DNA from: Gammaproteobacteria bacterium
GTDB lineage: Bacteria > Pseudomonadota > Gammaproteobacteria > JAJDOJ01
Direction of reading: 5' to 3'
Assembly: GCA_026984215.1 (NCBI GenBank)
Contig: JALSSO010000081.1
Location: 16,657 to 80,656 of the forward strand
DNA length: 64,000 bases
Shown: positions 27,434-38,089 of the stretch, one piece after another
Layout: each line of letters begins with the position of its first letter
Numbering within the stretch: position 1 is the first letter of the stretch
The notes under the pieces: model-generated
Told to the model about the DNA's origin: nothing
Databases searched by the model: none
Seen by the model: the letters and a program-made list of their open reading frames with translations, nothing else
Program-made: the position numbers and the translations under genes

Positions 27434-30082
27434 GTGGAGCCGCATCGGGAGGTGGCCGACACCGAGCATGAGGCATTTCGTGAAGCACTCAAGGCGCAAG
27501 CGCAGTCCCTCAAAGAGATCCTGGCGCAGCTGCCCGGAGGGGAGAGAGCCCGACGCCCGGGCGGGGCACGACGCATGACCGGGACCTGCATCGAGCTGCC
27601 GCAGGAGCTGGCGCACCTGCGCACACTGGCCCTGGACCTTCGCTGGTCCTGGAGTCACGTGGCCGATGCGCTCTGGGAACACATCGACCCGGTCCTGTGG
27701 CGGCGCACCCGCAACCCCTGGCTCATCCTGCAAACCGTGGGCGCGGCGCGGCTGCGCGAGCTGGCGGCCGAGCCCCGATTCCGCGCGCTGCTCGAGGAGC
27801 TGGAGCGCGAACGCCAGGCCGCCCACGGCTCACCGGCCTGGTTCGCGCGCACCCACCCCGATGGCCGCCTGCGCTGTGTGGCCTACTTCAGTATGGAGTA
27901 TGGGCTCACCGAAGGCCTGCCGGTCTATTCCGGCGGTCTCGGGGTGCTCGCCGCCGATCATCTGAAGACCGCGAGCGAGCTGGGCGTGCCCCTGGTGGCG
28001 GTGGGGCTGTTGTACCAACAGGGCTATTTCCGGCAAGGTCTGGACCCATCGGGCGCCCAACTCGCCTTCTTTCCTTTCAACGACCCCACCCAACTGCCGG
28101 TGCAGCCGTTGCGTGACGCCGGCGGCGAGTGGCTGCACGTGGCCATCCCCCTGCCCGGCCGCGCCCTGTGGCTGCGCGCCTGGGAAGTGCAGGTGGGCCG
28201 GGTGCGGCTCTGCCTGCTGGACAGTAACAGCCCGCTCAACAGCCCGCCCGACCGAGGCATCACCAGCGAGCTCTACGGCGGCGGACCCGGGCTGCGCCTG
28301 CAGCAGGAGATGGTCCTGGGCATCGGCGGATACCGGCTGCTGGAGACACTGGGTCACACGCCCGACGTGTGCCACCTGAACGAAGGCCACAGCGCGTTCG
28401 CGGTGCTCGAACGCGCACGATACTTCATGCAGGCGAACGACGTACCCTTCGCCGTGGCGCTCAACGCCACCCGCGCGGGCAACCTGTTCACCACGCACAC
28501 GCCCGTCGAGGCGGGCTTCGACCGGTTTACCCCCGAGCTGTTCGCGCACACCATGGGCCCTTACGCGGCCGAGCTCGGCCTGCCCATGGAGGCACTCCTG
28601 GCGCTGGGCCGAGCCCGCCCGGAAGACGCCGCCGAGCCTTTCCAAATGGCCTGGCTGGCCCTGCATGGGGCCGGCGCGGTGAACGGCGTCAGCCGGCTGC
28701 ACGGGGCGGTGAGCCGTGGTCTGTTCCAGCCCTTGTTTCCACGCTGGCCCACCCCCGAGGTCCCGGTGGGGCACGTGACCAATGGGGTCCACGTGCCCAG
28801 CTGGGACTCCCCGGCCGCCGACCGTCTGTGGACCCAGGCCTGCGGCAAGGCCCGCTGGCGCGAGGCCTCCGGCGCCATGGAGACGGCCATCCGCGCCCTG
28901 GACGACCGTACGCTCTGGGAGCTGCGCAGTGAAAACCGGCGCCGGCTCGTCGAGTGGGCACGCAGGCGTCTGGCCCGGCAGAGCCGCCAGTGGGGTCCCC
29001 CCATCGCCTCGCCCGAGACCGCCCTGGACCCCGATGTCCTGACCTTGGGCTTCGCCCGCCGCTTCGCCACCTACAAGCGGCCCAACCTGCTCCTGCACGA
29101 TCCGGACCGGCTCGAGCGGCTGCTCCGCGACCCACGTCGGCCGGTGCAGCTCCTCGTCGCCGGCAAGGCGCACCCCCTGGACCGGCCCGGACAGGCCTTG
29201 ATCCAGACCTGGAACCGCTTCATTCGCGACCGCGGGCTGCACCACCGGGTGGTATTCCTGGTGGACTATGATCTCGACATGGCCGAGCACTTGACCGCAG
29301 GGGCGGATCTCTGGATCAACACACCGCGTCGCCCCTGGGAGGCCTGCGGCACCAGCGGCATGAAGCCCCTGGTCAACGGCGGACTCAACCTCTCGGAGCT
29401 CGACGGCTGGTGGGCCGAGGCCTGGCGGCCCGGGGTGGGCTGGGCGCTCGGCGACGGCGGCGAGCACGGCGACGATCCGGACTGGGACGCCCACGAAGCC
29501 GGCCGGCTCTACGACCTGCTGGAGCAGGAGGTGATCCCGGCCTTCTACGAGCGGGACGCGCATGGCATCCCCACGCGCTGGGTGACCATGATGCGCGAGA
29601 GCATGGCGACGCTCACGCCTCGCTTCTCCACCAACCGCATGCTCCGGGAATACGTGGAAACCCACTACCTGACCCTGGCCGAGGCCCACCGGGCCCGCGC
29701 GCGCGATCATGCGGCCCTCGCCCGTGACATCACGCGCTGGCGGAACACCATCGAGAGGCACTGGGACCTTCTGCGGTTCGGCGCGGTGCGCGCCACACGG
29801 CACGGCGAACGACTGGTGTTCGATGTCGAGGCGTATCTGGACGACCTGCCCCTCGAGGCGGTCCGTATGGAGATCTACGCCGACCCACCGGAGCCGGGCG
29901 GCGCCCCGGAAATCCATGCCGCCGAGCACATGGAGCAGCTGGCGGGCGCCGTCAACGGGCACCGGTTCCGTTGCGCGTTCGCGACCACCCGCCCGCCGGA
30001 GCACTATACCCCACGGCTCGTGCCCTACCATCCGCAGGTCAGCCTGCCCCTGGAATGCCCCCGCATCCTATGGCAGCGCTAG
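27434..30082 (+). CDS. glgP: Alpha-glucan (glycogen/maltodextrin) phosphorylase, GT35 bacterial alpha-glucan-phosphorylase subtype
   Basis: 882-aa ORF. ...VAYFSMEYGL...GGLGVLAADHLK...TTHTPV...ARRFATYKRPNLLL...GTSGMKPLVNGGLNLSELDGWW are GT35 motifs, including the pyridoxal-phosphate Lys region. The start may be the downstream Met near 27575. Confidence 0.85.
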   Translation: MEPHREVADTEHEAFREALKAQAQSLKEILAQLPGGERARRPGGARRMTGTCIELPQELAHLRTLALDLRWSWSHVADALWEHIDPVLWRRTRNPWLILQTVGAARLRELAAEPRFRALLEELERERQAAHGSPAWFARTHPDGRLRCVAYFSMEYGLTEGLPVYSGGLGVLAADHLKTASELGVPLVAVGLLYQQGYFRQGLDPSGAQLAFFPFNDPTQLPVQPLRDAGGEWLHVAIPLPGRALWLRAWEVQVGRVRLCLLDSNSPLNSPPDRGITSELYGGGPGLRLQQEMVLGIGGYRLLETLGHTPDVCHLNEGHSAFAVLERARYFMQANDVPFAVALNATRAGNLFTTHTPVEAGFDRFTPELFAHTMGPYAAELGLPMEALLALGRARPEDAAEPFQMAWLALHGAGAVNGVSRLHGAVSRGLFQPLFPRWPTPEVPVGHVTNGVHVPSWDSPAADRLWTQACGKARWREASGAMETAIRALDDRTLWELRSENRRRLVEWARRRLARQSRQWGPPIASPETALDPDVLTLGFARRFATYKRPNLLLHDPDRLERLLRDPRRPVQLLVAGKAHPLDRPGQALIQTWNRFIRDRGLHHRVVFLVDYDLDMAEHLTAGADLWINTPRRPWEACGTSGMKPLVNGGLNLSELDGWWAEAWRPGVGWALGDGGEHGDDPDWDAHEAGRLYDLLEQEVIPAFYERDAHGIPTRWVTMMRESMATLTPRFSTNRMLREYVETHYLTLAEAHRARARDHAALARDITRWRNTIERHWDLLRFGAVRATRHGERLVFDVEAYLDDLPLEAVRMEIYADPPEPGGAPEIHAAEHMEQLAGAVNGHRFRCAFATTRPPEHYTPRLVPYHPQVSLPLECPRILWQR

Positions 30083-30223
30083 CCCGAATGCCGCACCAGG
30101 TCGCCGTCTGCGGGGCCGGCTGCGCGACGAGCCGCTACGTGGCCTTGCAAGCGATTCGGGGAAGTACACGTTATACCTGCGACCACCTGCCAGACACAGC
30201 CCACCCACGAGGAGGAGGCCACG

Positions 30224-32602
30224 ATGAATCCGACCGAACCGTCCCCCGCCCTGTCGGAGGAGACCCTGCGGCGCATCGACGCCTGGTGGCGCGCCGCCAA
30301 CTACCTTTCGGTGGGGCAGATCTTCCTGATGGACAACCCCCTGCTCGAGGAGCCGTTGCGCCCGGAACACATCAAGCCCCGCCGCCTCGGGCACTGGGGA
30401 ACCTGCCCCGGCCTCAACCTTCTCTACGCCCACATGAACCGGGCCATCCGCCAGTGGGACCTGAATGCCATCTACATCACCGGTCCCGGCCACGGCGGCC
30501 CGGCCCTGGTGGCCAATACCTGGCTGGAGGGCACCTATTCGGAGCTGTACCCCGAGGTTTCCCTCGATCGCGAGGGAATGCGTAGGCTGTTCCGGCAGTT
30601 CTCCTTCCCGGGCGGGGTACCGAGTCATTGCGCCCCGGAAACACCGGGATCCATCCACGAGGGCGGAGAGCTGGGCTACTCGCTGGCGCACGCCTTCGGC
30701 GCGGTGTTCGACAATCCCGACCTGCTCGCCCTGTGCGTGGTCGGCGATGGGGAGGCGGAGACCGGTCCCCTGGCCACCGCCTGGCACGCCAACAAGTTCC
30801 TCAATCCGGCGCGCGACGGGGCCGTGCTCCCGGTACTGCATCTGAACGGCTACAAGATCGCCAACCCCACCGTGCTGGCACGTATCGCGGACGAGGACCT
30901 GATCCGACTGTTCGAGGGTTACGGCTACCGTCCCCATCTGGTGGCCGGGAACGCCCCCATGGACGTCCACCGGCGGCTGGCCGCCACGCTGGACACCGTC
31001 ATCGGCGAGATCCGCACCATCCAGGAACAAGCCCGCCGCGGGGGCGAGGCGACCCTCCCCCGCTGGCCCATGATCGTACTGCGCACCCCCAAGGGCTGGA
31101 CCGGTCCCAAGGAAGTGGACGGCAAACGGGTCGAGGACTTTTGGCGCAGCCACCAGGTGCCCATCCCGGAGGCCACCACCCCCGCCCATCTGCGGCTACT
31201 CGAGGATTGGATGAAGCGCTACCGGCCGGAGGAACTGTTCGATGAACGGGGGCGCCCCCATGCGGAGATCACGGCGCTCGCCCCGGCGGGCGGGCGGCGC
31301 ATGGGGGCCAACCCGCATGCCAATGGCGGCCTCCTGCTCAAGCCCCTACGTCTGCCCGACTTCGGCAGGTACGCCCTGGAAGTGAAGCAGCCGGGCGCAG
31401 TCCTGGGCGAGGCCACGCGACGGCTGGGTGAATACCTGCGCGACGTGATGCGCCTGAACGCAGACCGTGCGAACTTCCGCGTCATGGGCCCCGACGAGAC
31501 GGATTCCAACCGGCTCAGCGCACTGTTCGAGGCCACCGACCGAGCCTGGATGGCGAAATGCTACGACTACGACGAGCATCTGGCCCCGGACGGGCGGGTG
31601 ATGGAGATCCTCTCCGAGCACACCTGCCAGGGTTGGCTGGAGGGCTATCTGCTCACGGGACGGCACGGCTTGTTCTCCTGCTACGAGGCCTTCATCCACA
31701 TCGTGGACTCCATGTTCAACCAGCACGCCAAGTGGCTGAAGGTGTGCCGCGAGATCCCCTGGCGCGCGCCCATCGCCTCGCTCAACATCCTGCTCACCTC
31801 GCACGTCTGGCGCCAGGACCACAACGGTTTCTCACACCAGGACCCGGGCTTCATCGATCACGTGGTGAACAAGAAGGCCGACATCGTGCGCGTGTATCTG
31901 CCGCCGGACGCCAACTGCCTGCTCTGCGTGGCCGACCAGTGTCTACGCTCGCGTAACCTGGTGAACGTGATCGTGGCCGGCAAGCAACCCGAGCCGCAGT
32001 GGCTGGACCTGGAGGCGGCCATCGCTCATTGCGCCGAGGGCATCGGCATCTGGGAATGGGCCAGCAACGACCAGGACCGCAAGCCCGACCTGATCATGGC
32101 CTGCTGCGGTGACGTGCCCACCATCGAGACCCTGGCGGCCGTGGATCTGCTACGCGGCCTGGCGCCCGAGCTGAAGATCCGCGTCATCAACGTGGTGGAC
32201 CTCATGACCCTGCAGCCGCACGAGGAGCATCCCCACGGCAAGACCGACAAGGCGTTCGACGCCCTGTTCGGCACGGACATCCCGGTGATCTTCGCCTTCC
32301 ACGGCTATCCCTGGCTCATCCACCGCCTCATGTACCGGCGGCACTGCCATCGGCATCTGCACGTGCGCGGCTACAAGGAGGAAGGCACGACCACCACCCC
32401 CTTCGACATGGTGGTGCGCAACGACCTGGACCGCTTCCACCTGGTCATGGACGCCGCCGACCGCGTGCCGGCGCTGGCCGAGCGCGCCGGACACATCCAT
32501 CAGGCCATGCGCGAGAAGCTGGTCGAACACCGCATCTACATCACCGAGCACGGCCAGGACATGCCCGAGATCCGCGGCTGGCGCTGGCCGCAGGGGACAT
32601 GA
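30224..32602 (+). CDS. xfp: Xylulose-5-phosphate/fructose-6-phosphate phosphoketolase
   Basis: 792 aa. The N-terminal ...[18 protein letters not shown]...[10 protein letters not shown]..., the ThDP-binding ...GPGHGGPA... and ...EGGELGYSL... are XFP hallmarks. Confidence 0.9.
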   Translation: MNPTEPSPALSEETLRRIDAWWRAANYLSVGQIFLMDNPLLEEPLRPEHIKPRRLGHWGTCPGLNLLYAHMNRAIRQWDLNAIYITGPGHGGPALVANTWLEGTYSELYPEVSLDREGMRRLFRQFSFPGGVPSHCAPETPGSIHEGGELGYSLAHAFGAVFDNPDLLALCVVGDGEAETGPLATAWHANKFLNPARDGAVLPVLHLNGYKIANPTVLARIADEDLIRLFEGYGYRPHLVAGNAPMDVHRRLAATLDTVIGEIRTIQEQARRGGEATLPRWPMIVLRTPKGWTGPKEVDGKRVEDFWRSHQVPIPEATTPAHLRLLEDWMKRYRPEELFDERGRPHAEITALAPAGGRRMGANPHANGGLLLKPLRLPDFGRYALEVKQPGAVLGEATRRLGEYLRDVMRLNADRANFRVMGPDETDSNRLSALFEATDRAWMAKCYDYDEHLAPDGRVMEILSEHTCQGWLEGYLLTGRHGLFSCYEAFIHIVDSMFNQHAKWLKVCREIPWRAPIASLNILLTSHVWRQDHNGFSHQDPGFIDHVVNKKADIVRVYLPPDANCLLCVADQCLRSRNLVNVIVAGKQPEPQWLDLEAAIAHCAEGIGIWEWASNDQDRKPDLIMACCGDVPTIETLAAVDLLRGLAPELKIRVINVVDLMTLQPHEEHPHGKTDKAFDALFGTDIPVIFAFHGYPWLIHRLMYRRHCHRHLHVRGYKEEGTTTTPFDMVVRNDLDRFHLVMDAADRVPALAERAGHIHQAMREKLVEHRIYITEHGQDMPEIRGWRWPQGT

Positions 32603-32734
32603 CAGGACGAGGTCACCCCGTCGAGAGCCCACGCAAGATCGGCCTGACCGTGACATTCGACGGCGCCCGAGGCGATGCGGACCGCAAGGCGCCGGCGACA
32701 GTCCGCGACAAACCATGAGGAGAGAAAGATCCCC

Positions 32735-32911
32735 ATGAAACCGGAAGAGAAAGAGAAGGAATCCGAAAAGCTGCGACGGGCCATCCGTTGGATCGCCGCC
32801 CGGCACGGAGACCGGCGCCGGCTGATCGAGGAGGCCAGCCTACGGTTCGACCTCTCCCCGGGCGACGAGGAATTCCTGTTGCGGCATTTCGCCGGCGCCC
32901 GGGAGGAATGA
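32735..32911 (+). CDS. Small hypothetical protein (58 aa: MKPEEKEKESEKLRRAIRWIAARHGDRRRLIEEASLRFDLSPGDEEFLLRHFAGAREE)
   Basis: Strong RBS (gaggagagaaag) 7 nt before the ATG. Charged, helical. No family recognised. Confidence 0.35.
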   Translation: MKPEEKEKESEKLRRAIRWIAARHGDRRRLIEEASLRFDLSPGDEEFLLRHFAGAREE

Positions 32912-33023
32912 GCCGCGGGCCATCCAGTGGGCCCGTTCCTCGTGGCGCCGCAGCCACCTACCAGACCGTCCCGCCCAGGCCCGCGCCGGGCTTGGAGCGA
33001 ACCGAACCAGGGAGGAAACGACC

Positions 33024-34418
33024 TTGCGAATCCGTTTTCACGGCGCCGACCGGGAGGTGACGGGGTCCTGTCACCTGGTGGAATGCGCGGGCAAACGCAT
33101 CCTGATCGACTGCGGCCTGTATCAGGGCGGCGGCGAGCTGGACGAGATCAACCGCCGGCCGTTCGGCTTCGATCCGGCCTCGATCGATGTGCTGCTCCTG
33201 ACGCACGCCCACCTGGACCACTGTGGCCGCATTCCCCTGCTGGTGGCCGAAGGGTTTCGCGGCGAGATCATCACCACCTCGGCCACCCGGGAGCTGAGCC
33301 GCCTGGTGTTGCTCGACGCGGCCCACCTGCAGGAGGAGGAGGCCGAGCGCAAGGCGCGGCATGCGGCACGCCACAGGGGGCGGCGCGTGCGAGTGGAACC
33401 CCTGTACACCACGCTGGACGCCCTCAACAGCCTGGACTTCTTCGGGCGCGTGGCCGAGTACGGGCGACCGCTGGAGCTGGGTGCCGGCATCCGCGCCAGC
33501 TTTCACGATGCGGGCCACATCCTCGGCTCGGCCAGCGTGCTCCTGACGCTCGAGGAAGGCGGCCGCCGGCGGCGCGTGCTGTTCTCCGGAGACATCGGAT
33601 ACGGCGGCCGACCCATCCTGCGCGATCCGCAGCCGCCCTCCGAGGTCGATGTGCTGGTCATGGAGACCACGTACGGCGACCGGCGCCACAAGGCCCTGCA
33701 ACCCTCGCTGGAGGAACTCTACGGCGCGATCGAGACGACCCTCCAGGGGGGCGGTAACGTCGTGATCCCGACGTTTGCGCTGGAGCGGGCCCAGGAGGTG
33801 CTCTTCTACCTGCGCGAGGCCGTGGAAAGCGGGCGCCTGCCGCGTGCCCTGCAGGTATTCCTGGACTCACCCATGGCCATCTCCGCCACCGAGATCTTCC
33901 GCCGTCACCCGGAATGCTACGACGCCCAGACCGCGGAACTGTTTCGCAACGGCAGGGACCCTTTCGCACTGCCCAACCTGCACTTCACGCGCGAGGCCGC
34001 CCAGTCCATGGCCCTGAATCACATCCACGCCGGGGCGGTGATCATGGCCGGCTCCGGGATGTGTACCGGCGGGCGGGTGCGCCATCACCTGAAGCACAAT
34101 CTGTGGCGGGACGAGTGCAGCGTCGTCTTCGTCGGCTACGCCGCGCACGGCACCCTAGCGCGCATCATCATCGACGGGGCCAAAAAGGTGAAACTCTTCG
34201 GCGAGGAGATCCCCGTGCGCGCCCGCATCCACACCATCGGAGGCTTCTCCGCGCACGCCGACGCCCGGGAACTGATGCACTGGCTGGAGGCCGTGGGCCG
34301 GCCGAAGCGCATCTTCCTGGTCCACGGGGAAGAACACGCCATGGGCGCGTTCGCGCGCCACCTCCACCACGCACGGGTCTCCATGCCGAGACTCGGGGAG
34401 ACCTTCGAGATCGACTGA
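33024..34418 (+). CDS. MBL-fold metallo-hydrolase of the beta-CASP RNA-metabolising family (RNase J/CPSF-like)
   Basis: HxHxDH metallo-beta-lactamase motif (LLLTHAHLDHCGRIPLL), beta-CASP motifs (...VMETTYGDRRH..., ...IGGFSAHAD...) and an RMMBL C-terminus. Confidence 0.8.
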   Translation: MRIRFHGADREVTGSCHLVECAGKRILIDCGLYQGGGELDEINRRPFGFDPASIDVLLLTHAHLDHCGRIPLLVAEGFRGEIITTSATRELSRLVLLDAAHLQEEEAERKARHAARHRGRRVRVEPLYTTLDALNSLDFFGRVAEYGRPLELGAGIRASFHDAGHILGSASVLLTLEEGGRRRRVLFSGDIGYGGRPILRDPQPPSEVDVLVMETTYGDRRHKALQPSLEELYGAIETTLQGGGNVVIPTFALERAQEVLFYLREAVESGRLPRALQVFLDSPMAISATEIFRRHPECYDAQTAELFRNGRDPFALPNLHFTREAAQSMALNHIHAGAVIMAGSGMCTGGRVRHHLKHNLWRDECSVVFVGYAAHGTLARIIIDGAKKVKLFGEEIPVRARIHTIGGFSAHADARELMHWLEAVGRPKRIFLVHGEEHAMGAFARHLHHARVSMPRLGETFEID

Positions 34419-34521
34419 CACGAGACACCGGGGTACTTGCGAATCTGCTCCTGGACCCGTATCCACGCGCGTGAAATCCCATCCGTTGCGCACCCATTTT
34501 TTCAAGGCCGCGGCATCGCCA

Positions 34522-35520
34522 TCACGATTCGAGCGTGCGCACGCTCACCCGCGCCATGAGTTCGGTCAGATCACCGGGCGAAAACAGCTCCGTACCCGGC
34601 CGGCCGACCGTACCGGCACCACAGGCGACCGCCAAGCGCAACGCGTTGTCGAAACGATCGCCGCGGGCAAGGGCGCAGACGAGCCCTGCCAACATGGAGT
34701 CTCCGGCACCCACGGTGGAATCCACCCGCACGCTCGGGGCGGTGGCGTAGTAGGTTTTCGGCCCCGCCGCGAGCAGTGCACCGTCTCCGCCCAACGACAC
34801 GCACACCAGATCGATCCCGCCGCGTTGTAAACGCTGGGCTTCCGCGGCCACCGCGGCCACGTCGTCCAGCGCCCTGCCCGCCAGTTCGGCGAGTTCGTAG
34901 CGATTGGGTTTGATCAGAAAAGGGTGTGCCGCCACGGCCGCACGGAGTGACCGGCCGTGCGTGTCCACTACGGGCCGCCCCCCCTGGGCTCGGATCCGAC
35001 GCGTCAGGGACGCATACAGATCCGGTGGCAGGCCGGGTTGCAACGTTCCGGTGAGCACGCCGAAACCCGAGCCCGTGGTGGCCACGAAACTCTCCTGCAG
35101 GCGTTCCAGCGTCGCCTCCGGTACGGCCGGCCCCACCCCACTGATCTCGTATTGGTTGCCCGTGTCACGCTCGACAGCCGTGCCATTGATACGCGTCTCC
35201 CCCGCGACGCGCTCGAAGGTCAGCGTGTCGATGCGCCCGCGCAGCAGTCGTTCCAGAAAGCCGCCTGTCTCCCCGGCGAGCACGCAGAAAGTGTGAGCCG
35301 GAACCTGGAGCCGCTTCAGCGCCCGAGCCACGTTGATGCCATTGCCGCCCGGGTCGTACCGGGTGGCCCGGGCATGGACCTTTCGGTCCGGAAGGAGCCG
35401 ATCGATCTCGTAGGTCATGTCCACGGCCGGATTGAGCGTCAGCACCGCCACGGGCGGGGGCCGACCCGCGGCATCGCCTCGCATGGGAGCAGGGACGACT
35501 CGGCCCTCCTGCATCGCCAC
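34522..35520 (-). CDS. PfkB-family carbohydrate kinase (1-phosphofructokinase / 6-phosphofructokinase II-like)
   Basis: N-terminal LNPAVDMTYEI..., ...DPGGNGINVARAL and the C-terminal anion hole ...VDSTVGAGDSMLAGLV are PfkB/ribokinase-family signatures. Confidence 0.8.
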   Translation of the reverse strand: MAMQEGRVVPAPMRGDAAGRPPPVAVLTLNPAVDMTYEIDRLLPDRKVHARATRYDPGGNGINVARALKRLQVPAHTFCVLAGETGGFLERLLRGRIDTLTFERVAGETRINGTAVERDTGNQYEISGVGPAVPEATLERLQESFVATTGSGFGVLTGTLQPGLPPDLYASLTRRIRAQGGRPVVDTHGRSLRAAVAAHPFLIKPNRYELAELAGRALDDVAAVAAEAQRLQRGGIDLVCVSLGGDGALLAAGPKTYYATAPSVRVDSTVGAGDSMLAGLVCALARGDRFDNALRLAVACGAGTVGRPGTELFSPGDLTELMARVSVRTLES

Positions 35521-38022
35521 TCACCCGCCCCCGGGGCGTGGGCGACCCGTATGCCCAGGCTGCCGGAGGACGTCCAGGAACCGCCGGTGGCGGGGCACTT
35601 CGTGGCGCAGGTGCCGGTAGACCTGCACTTTGACCAGATCGGTGACCAGTGCCGAGCCCAGAGAATAGCCCCAGATCAGCGCGATCTCCGGCCAACTGAT
35701 CGGCGCGATGACCCCGAAACCGTAGGCCGCGAACAAGGTAGCGGCCAGTTTGGTGATCACCGCTGACCAGATCATGATGGGCGCCGGCCACGGACGCTCC
35801 CAGAAATGCCCTTTGGTGCGGGCCACGAACAGCACCAGGTGGCCGGCCACCGCCATCTTGAGGAACACATAGGTCTGGATCTGCGGCACGTCGAGCCGCA
35901 ACCAATCCATGGCCAGCAGCAGCATCCCGAAGCTGCCCACTACGCCCACCAAACCCATGGCCGTGGCCACCGTGATGACCTGGCGCATATCCCAGCGCAC
36001 CGGCCGTCGCGACAGCCCCGTGCGGTCGTAGGCGATGGTCATGATGGGCACGTCGTTGAAGAAGGCCAGCAGGATGATCATGATCGCGGTGATGGGATAG
36101 AAGCCGAAAAAGATCATCGCCAACACCACGAAGAACATGACCCGGATGGTCTCGCTGATCCGGTACACCGCATAGGCGTTCATGCGCTCGAAAATACGCC
36201 GGGCCTCCTCGATAGCCTGCACGATCACCGCCAGCCCCGGTGCGGTGAGCACCAAGTCGGCCGCGGCACGTGCCGCGTCGGTCGCCCCACTCACCGCGAT
36301 CCCCACGTCGGCCTGCTTGAGTGCGGGCGCGTCGTTGACGCCGTCGCCCGTCATACCGGTGATGTGACCGCGGGCTTGCAGCAGCCGCACGATGCCGAAC
36401 TTGTGTTCGGGGAAGACCTCGGCGAAACCGTCGGCCGCCTCCACCCGTTCGACGGCCTTCCCGTCGGGTGTCCCCCCCGGATCCAACGGGAGCGCACTGG
36501 CGGGTAGGATCTGCCCACCCAAGCCGAGCTTGCGGGCGATCTGTCGCGCGATGGACAGATTGTCTCCCGTCACCATCTTGACCCGCACGCCGTATTCACG
36601 GGCGCGTGCGATGGTGTTGGCCGAGTCCTGGCGGGGCGGGTCGAACAGCGAGAGGATGCCGAGCAGGGTCCAATGCTCGCCCCCCGGTCCCCTGCGTGCC
36701 ACGGCCAGGGCACGGTAGCCATCGGCCGCAAAGGACTCGACCACCTGCTCCGCGCGACGGCGCTGTGCCGTGTCCATCTGCGCCAGATCCAGCACCACCT
36801 GGGGCGCCCCCTTGGTCACTCGGAACCGGCGCCCTTGCCCGTCCTCGACCAAGGCCTCGGTGCGCTTGCGCACCGGATCGAAGGGCACGAACTCCACCTG
36901 CCGATAGCGCTCCAGCACGGCTCGGTCGGCAAGTCCCTCCAGCACCGCCTCGTCGATGGCGTCCCGGTCCTCGGCCCTGGACGCCAGCGCGGCCGCCAAC
37001 AGCACCGCCTGCTCGTCGGACGCGGCGAAGACCTCGATCCGCCCCAGGGTGAGCCGGTTCTGGGTGAGGGTGCCGGTCTTGTCCGAACACAGCACGTCCA
37101 TGCTGGCCATCTCCTCGATGGATTCCAGCCGCGTGACGATGGCCTTCATGCGCGACAGCACCATGGCACCCACCGCCATGGTCATGGACAGTACCGCCGG
37201 CATGGCCACCGGAATGGAGGCCACGGTGAGAATCAGGGCGAACTGGACCACTTCCAGCCAGGGCGATCCACGGTGGAGCTGGACCAGCACGAGCACCACC
37301 ACCAGGGCCAGACTCACGTAGATCAGGTAGTCGCCTATGGTGAGCACGGCCTTCTGGAAATGGGACACCGTCTCGGCCTGCTCCACCAGCCCGGCCGTTT
37401 TGCCGAAGCGGGTGCGCGTGCCGGTGGCGGTGACCTCGGCCACTACCTCACCCTGTTTGACCACCGTTCCCGAAAAGGCTTCGTCGCCCCGGCGCTTGGT
37501 CACCGGCAGCGACTCGCCGGTGAGGGCGGACTGGTCCACACTGAGGTAGTCGCCCTGTACGATACGCACGTCGGCCGGAATGACGTCGCCCAGGCGTATG
37601 CGGATAATGTCGCCGGGGACGAGCTGCGCCGCGTCGATCTCCTGCCAGCGGCCGTCGCGCAGCACTCGGGCCCGCCGCGCGAGCTGTTTCTTCAGAGCTT
37701 CGACTGCGTTGCCAGCGGTGTATTCCTGCCAGAACCCCACTGCCGCGTTGAACACCAGCAACGCCGTGATGATCCAGAAGTCCACCCAGTGTCGCACCAA
37801 GGCCGAGAGCACCGCCGCCACTTCGATCATCCACGGGATCGGCCCCCAGAAATACCCGGCCAGGCGGCGCAACGGCGAGACCTTCTTCTCCGGTAGCGCG
37901 TTGGGACCATAACGGGCCAGGCGGCGTTCGGCTTCCTCGGCGCTCAGGCCACCCGATGGGATATCGACGTCACTGGACGGAGCTTGGATCGTGGGGTCCA
38001 CGGCCTTTCCTCGGTATCGCAT
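35521..38022 (-). CDS. P3A-type plasma-membrane H+-ATPase homologue (P-type ATPase)
   Basis: 833 aa. ...TGESLPV..., the phosphorylation motif CSDKTGTLT, ...MTGDGVNDAPALKQADVGIAV.... The overall layout resembles fungal/plant PMA-type pumps also found in some bacteria. Confidence 0.85.
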   Translation of the reverse strand: MRYRGKAVDPTIQAPSSDVDIPSGGLSAEEAERRLARYGPNALPEKKVSPLRRLAGYFWGPIPWMIEVAAVLSALVRHWVDFWIITALLVFNAAVGFWQEYTAGNAVEALKKQLARRARVLRDGRWQEIDAAQLVPGDIIRIRLGDVIPADVRIVQGDYLSVDQSALTGESLPVTKRRGDEAFSGTVVKQGEVVAEVTATGTRTRFGKTAGLVEQAETVSHFQKAVLTIGDYLIYVSLALVVVLVLVQLHRGSPWLEVVQFALILTVASIPVAMPAVLSMTMAVGAMVLSRMKAIVTRLESIEEMASMDVLCSDKTGTLTQNRLTLGRIEVFAASDEQAVLLAAALASRAEDRDAIDEAVLEGLADRAVLERYRQVEFVPFDPVRKRTEALVEDGQGRRFRVTKGAPQVVLDLAQMDTAQRRRAEQVVESFAADGYRALAVARRGPGGEHWTLLGILSLFDPPRQDSANTIARAREYGVRVKMVTGDNLSIARQIARKLGLGGQILPASALPLDPGGTPDGKAVERVEAADGFAEVFPEHKFGIVRLLQARGHITGMTGDGVNDAPALKQADVGIAVSGATDAARAAADLVLTAPGLAVIVQAIEEARRIFERMNAYAVYRISETIRVMFFVVLAMIFFGFYPITAIMIILLAFFNDVPIMTIAYDRTGLSRRPVRWDMRQVITVATAMGLVGVVGSFGMLLLAMDWLRLDVPQIQTYVFLKMAVAGHLVLFVARTKGHFWERPWPAPIMIWSAVITKLAATLFAAYGFGVIAPISWPEIALIWGYSLGSALVTDLVKVQVYRHLRHEVPRHRRFLDVLRQPGHTGRPRPGGG

Positions 38023-38089
38023 CGGCCGCGCAGTGTATCACCGCCCCCGGAACGGACACTGAATCCTAATCAAGCGGGGACGACCCACA

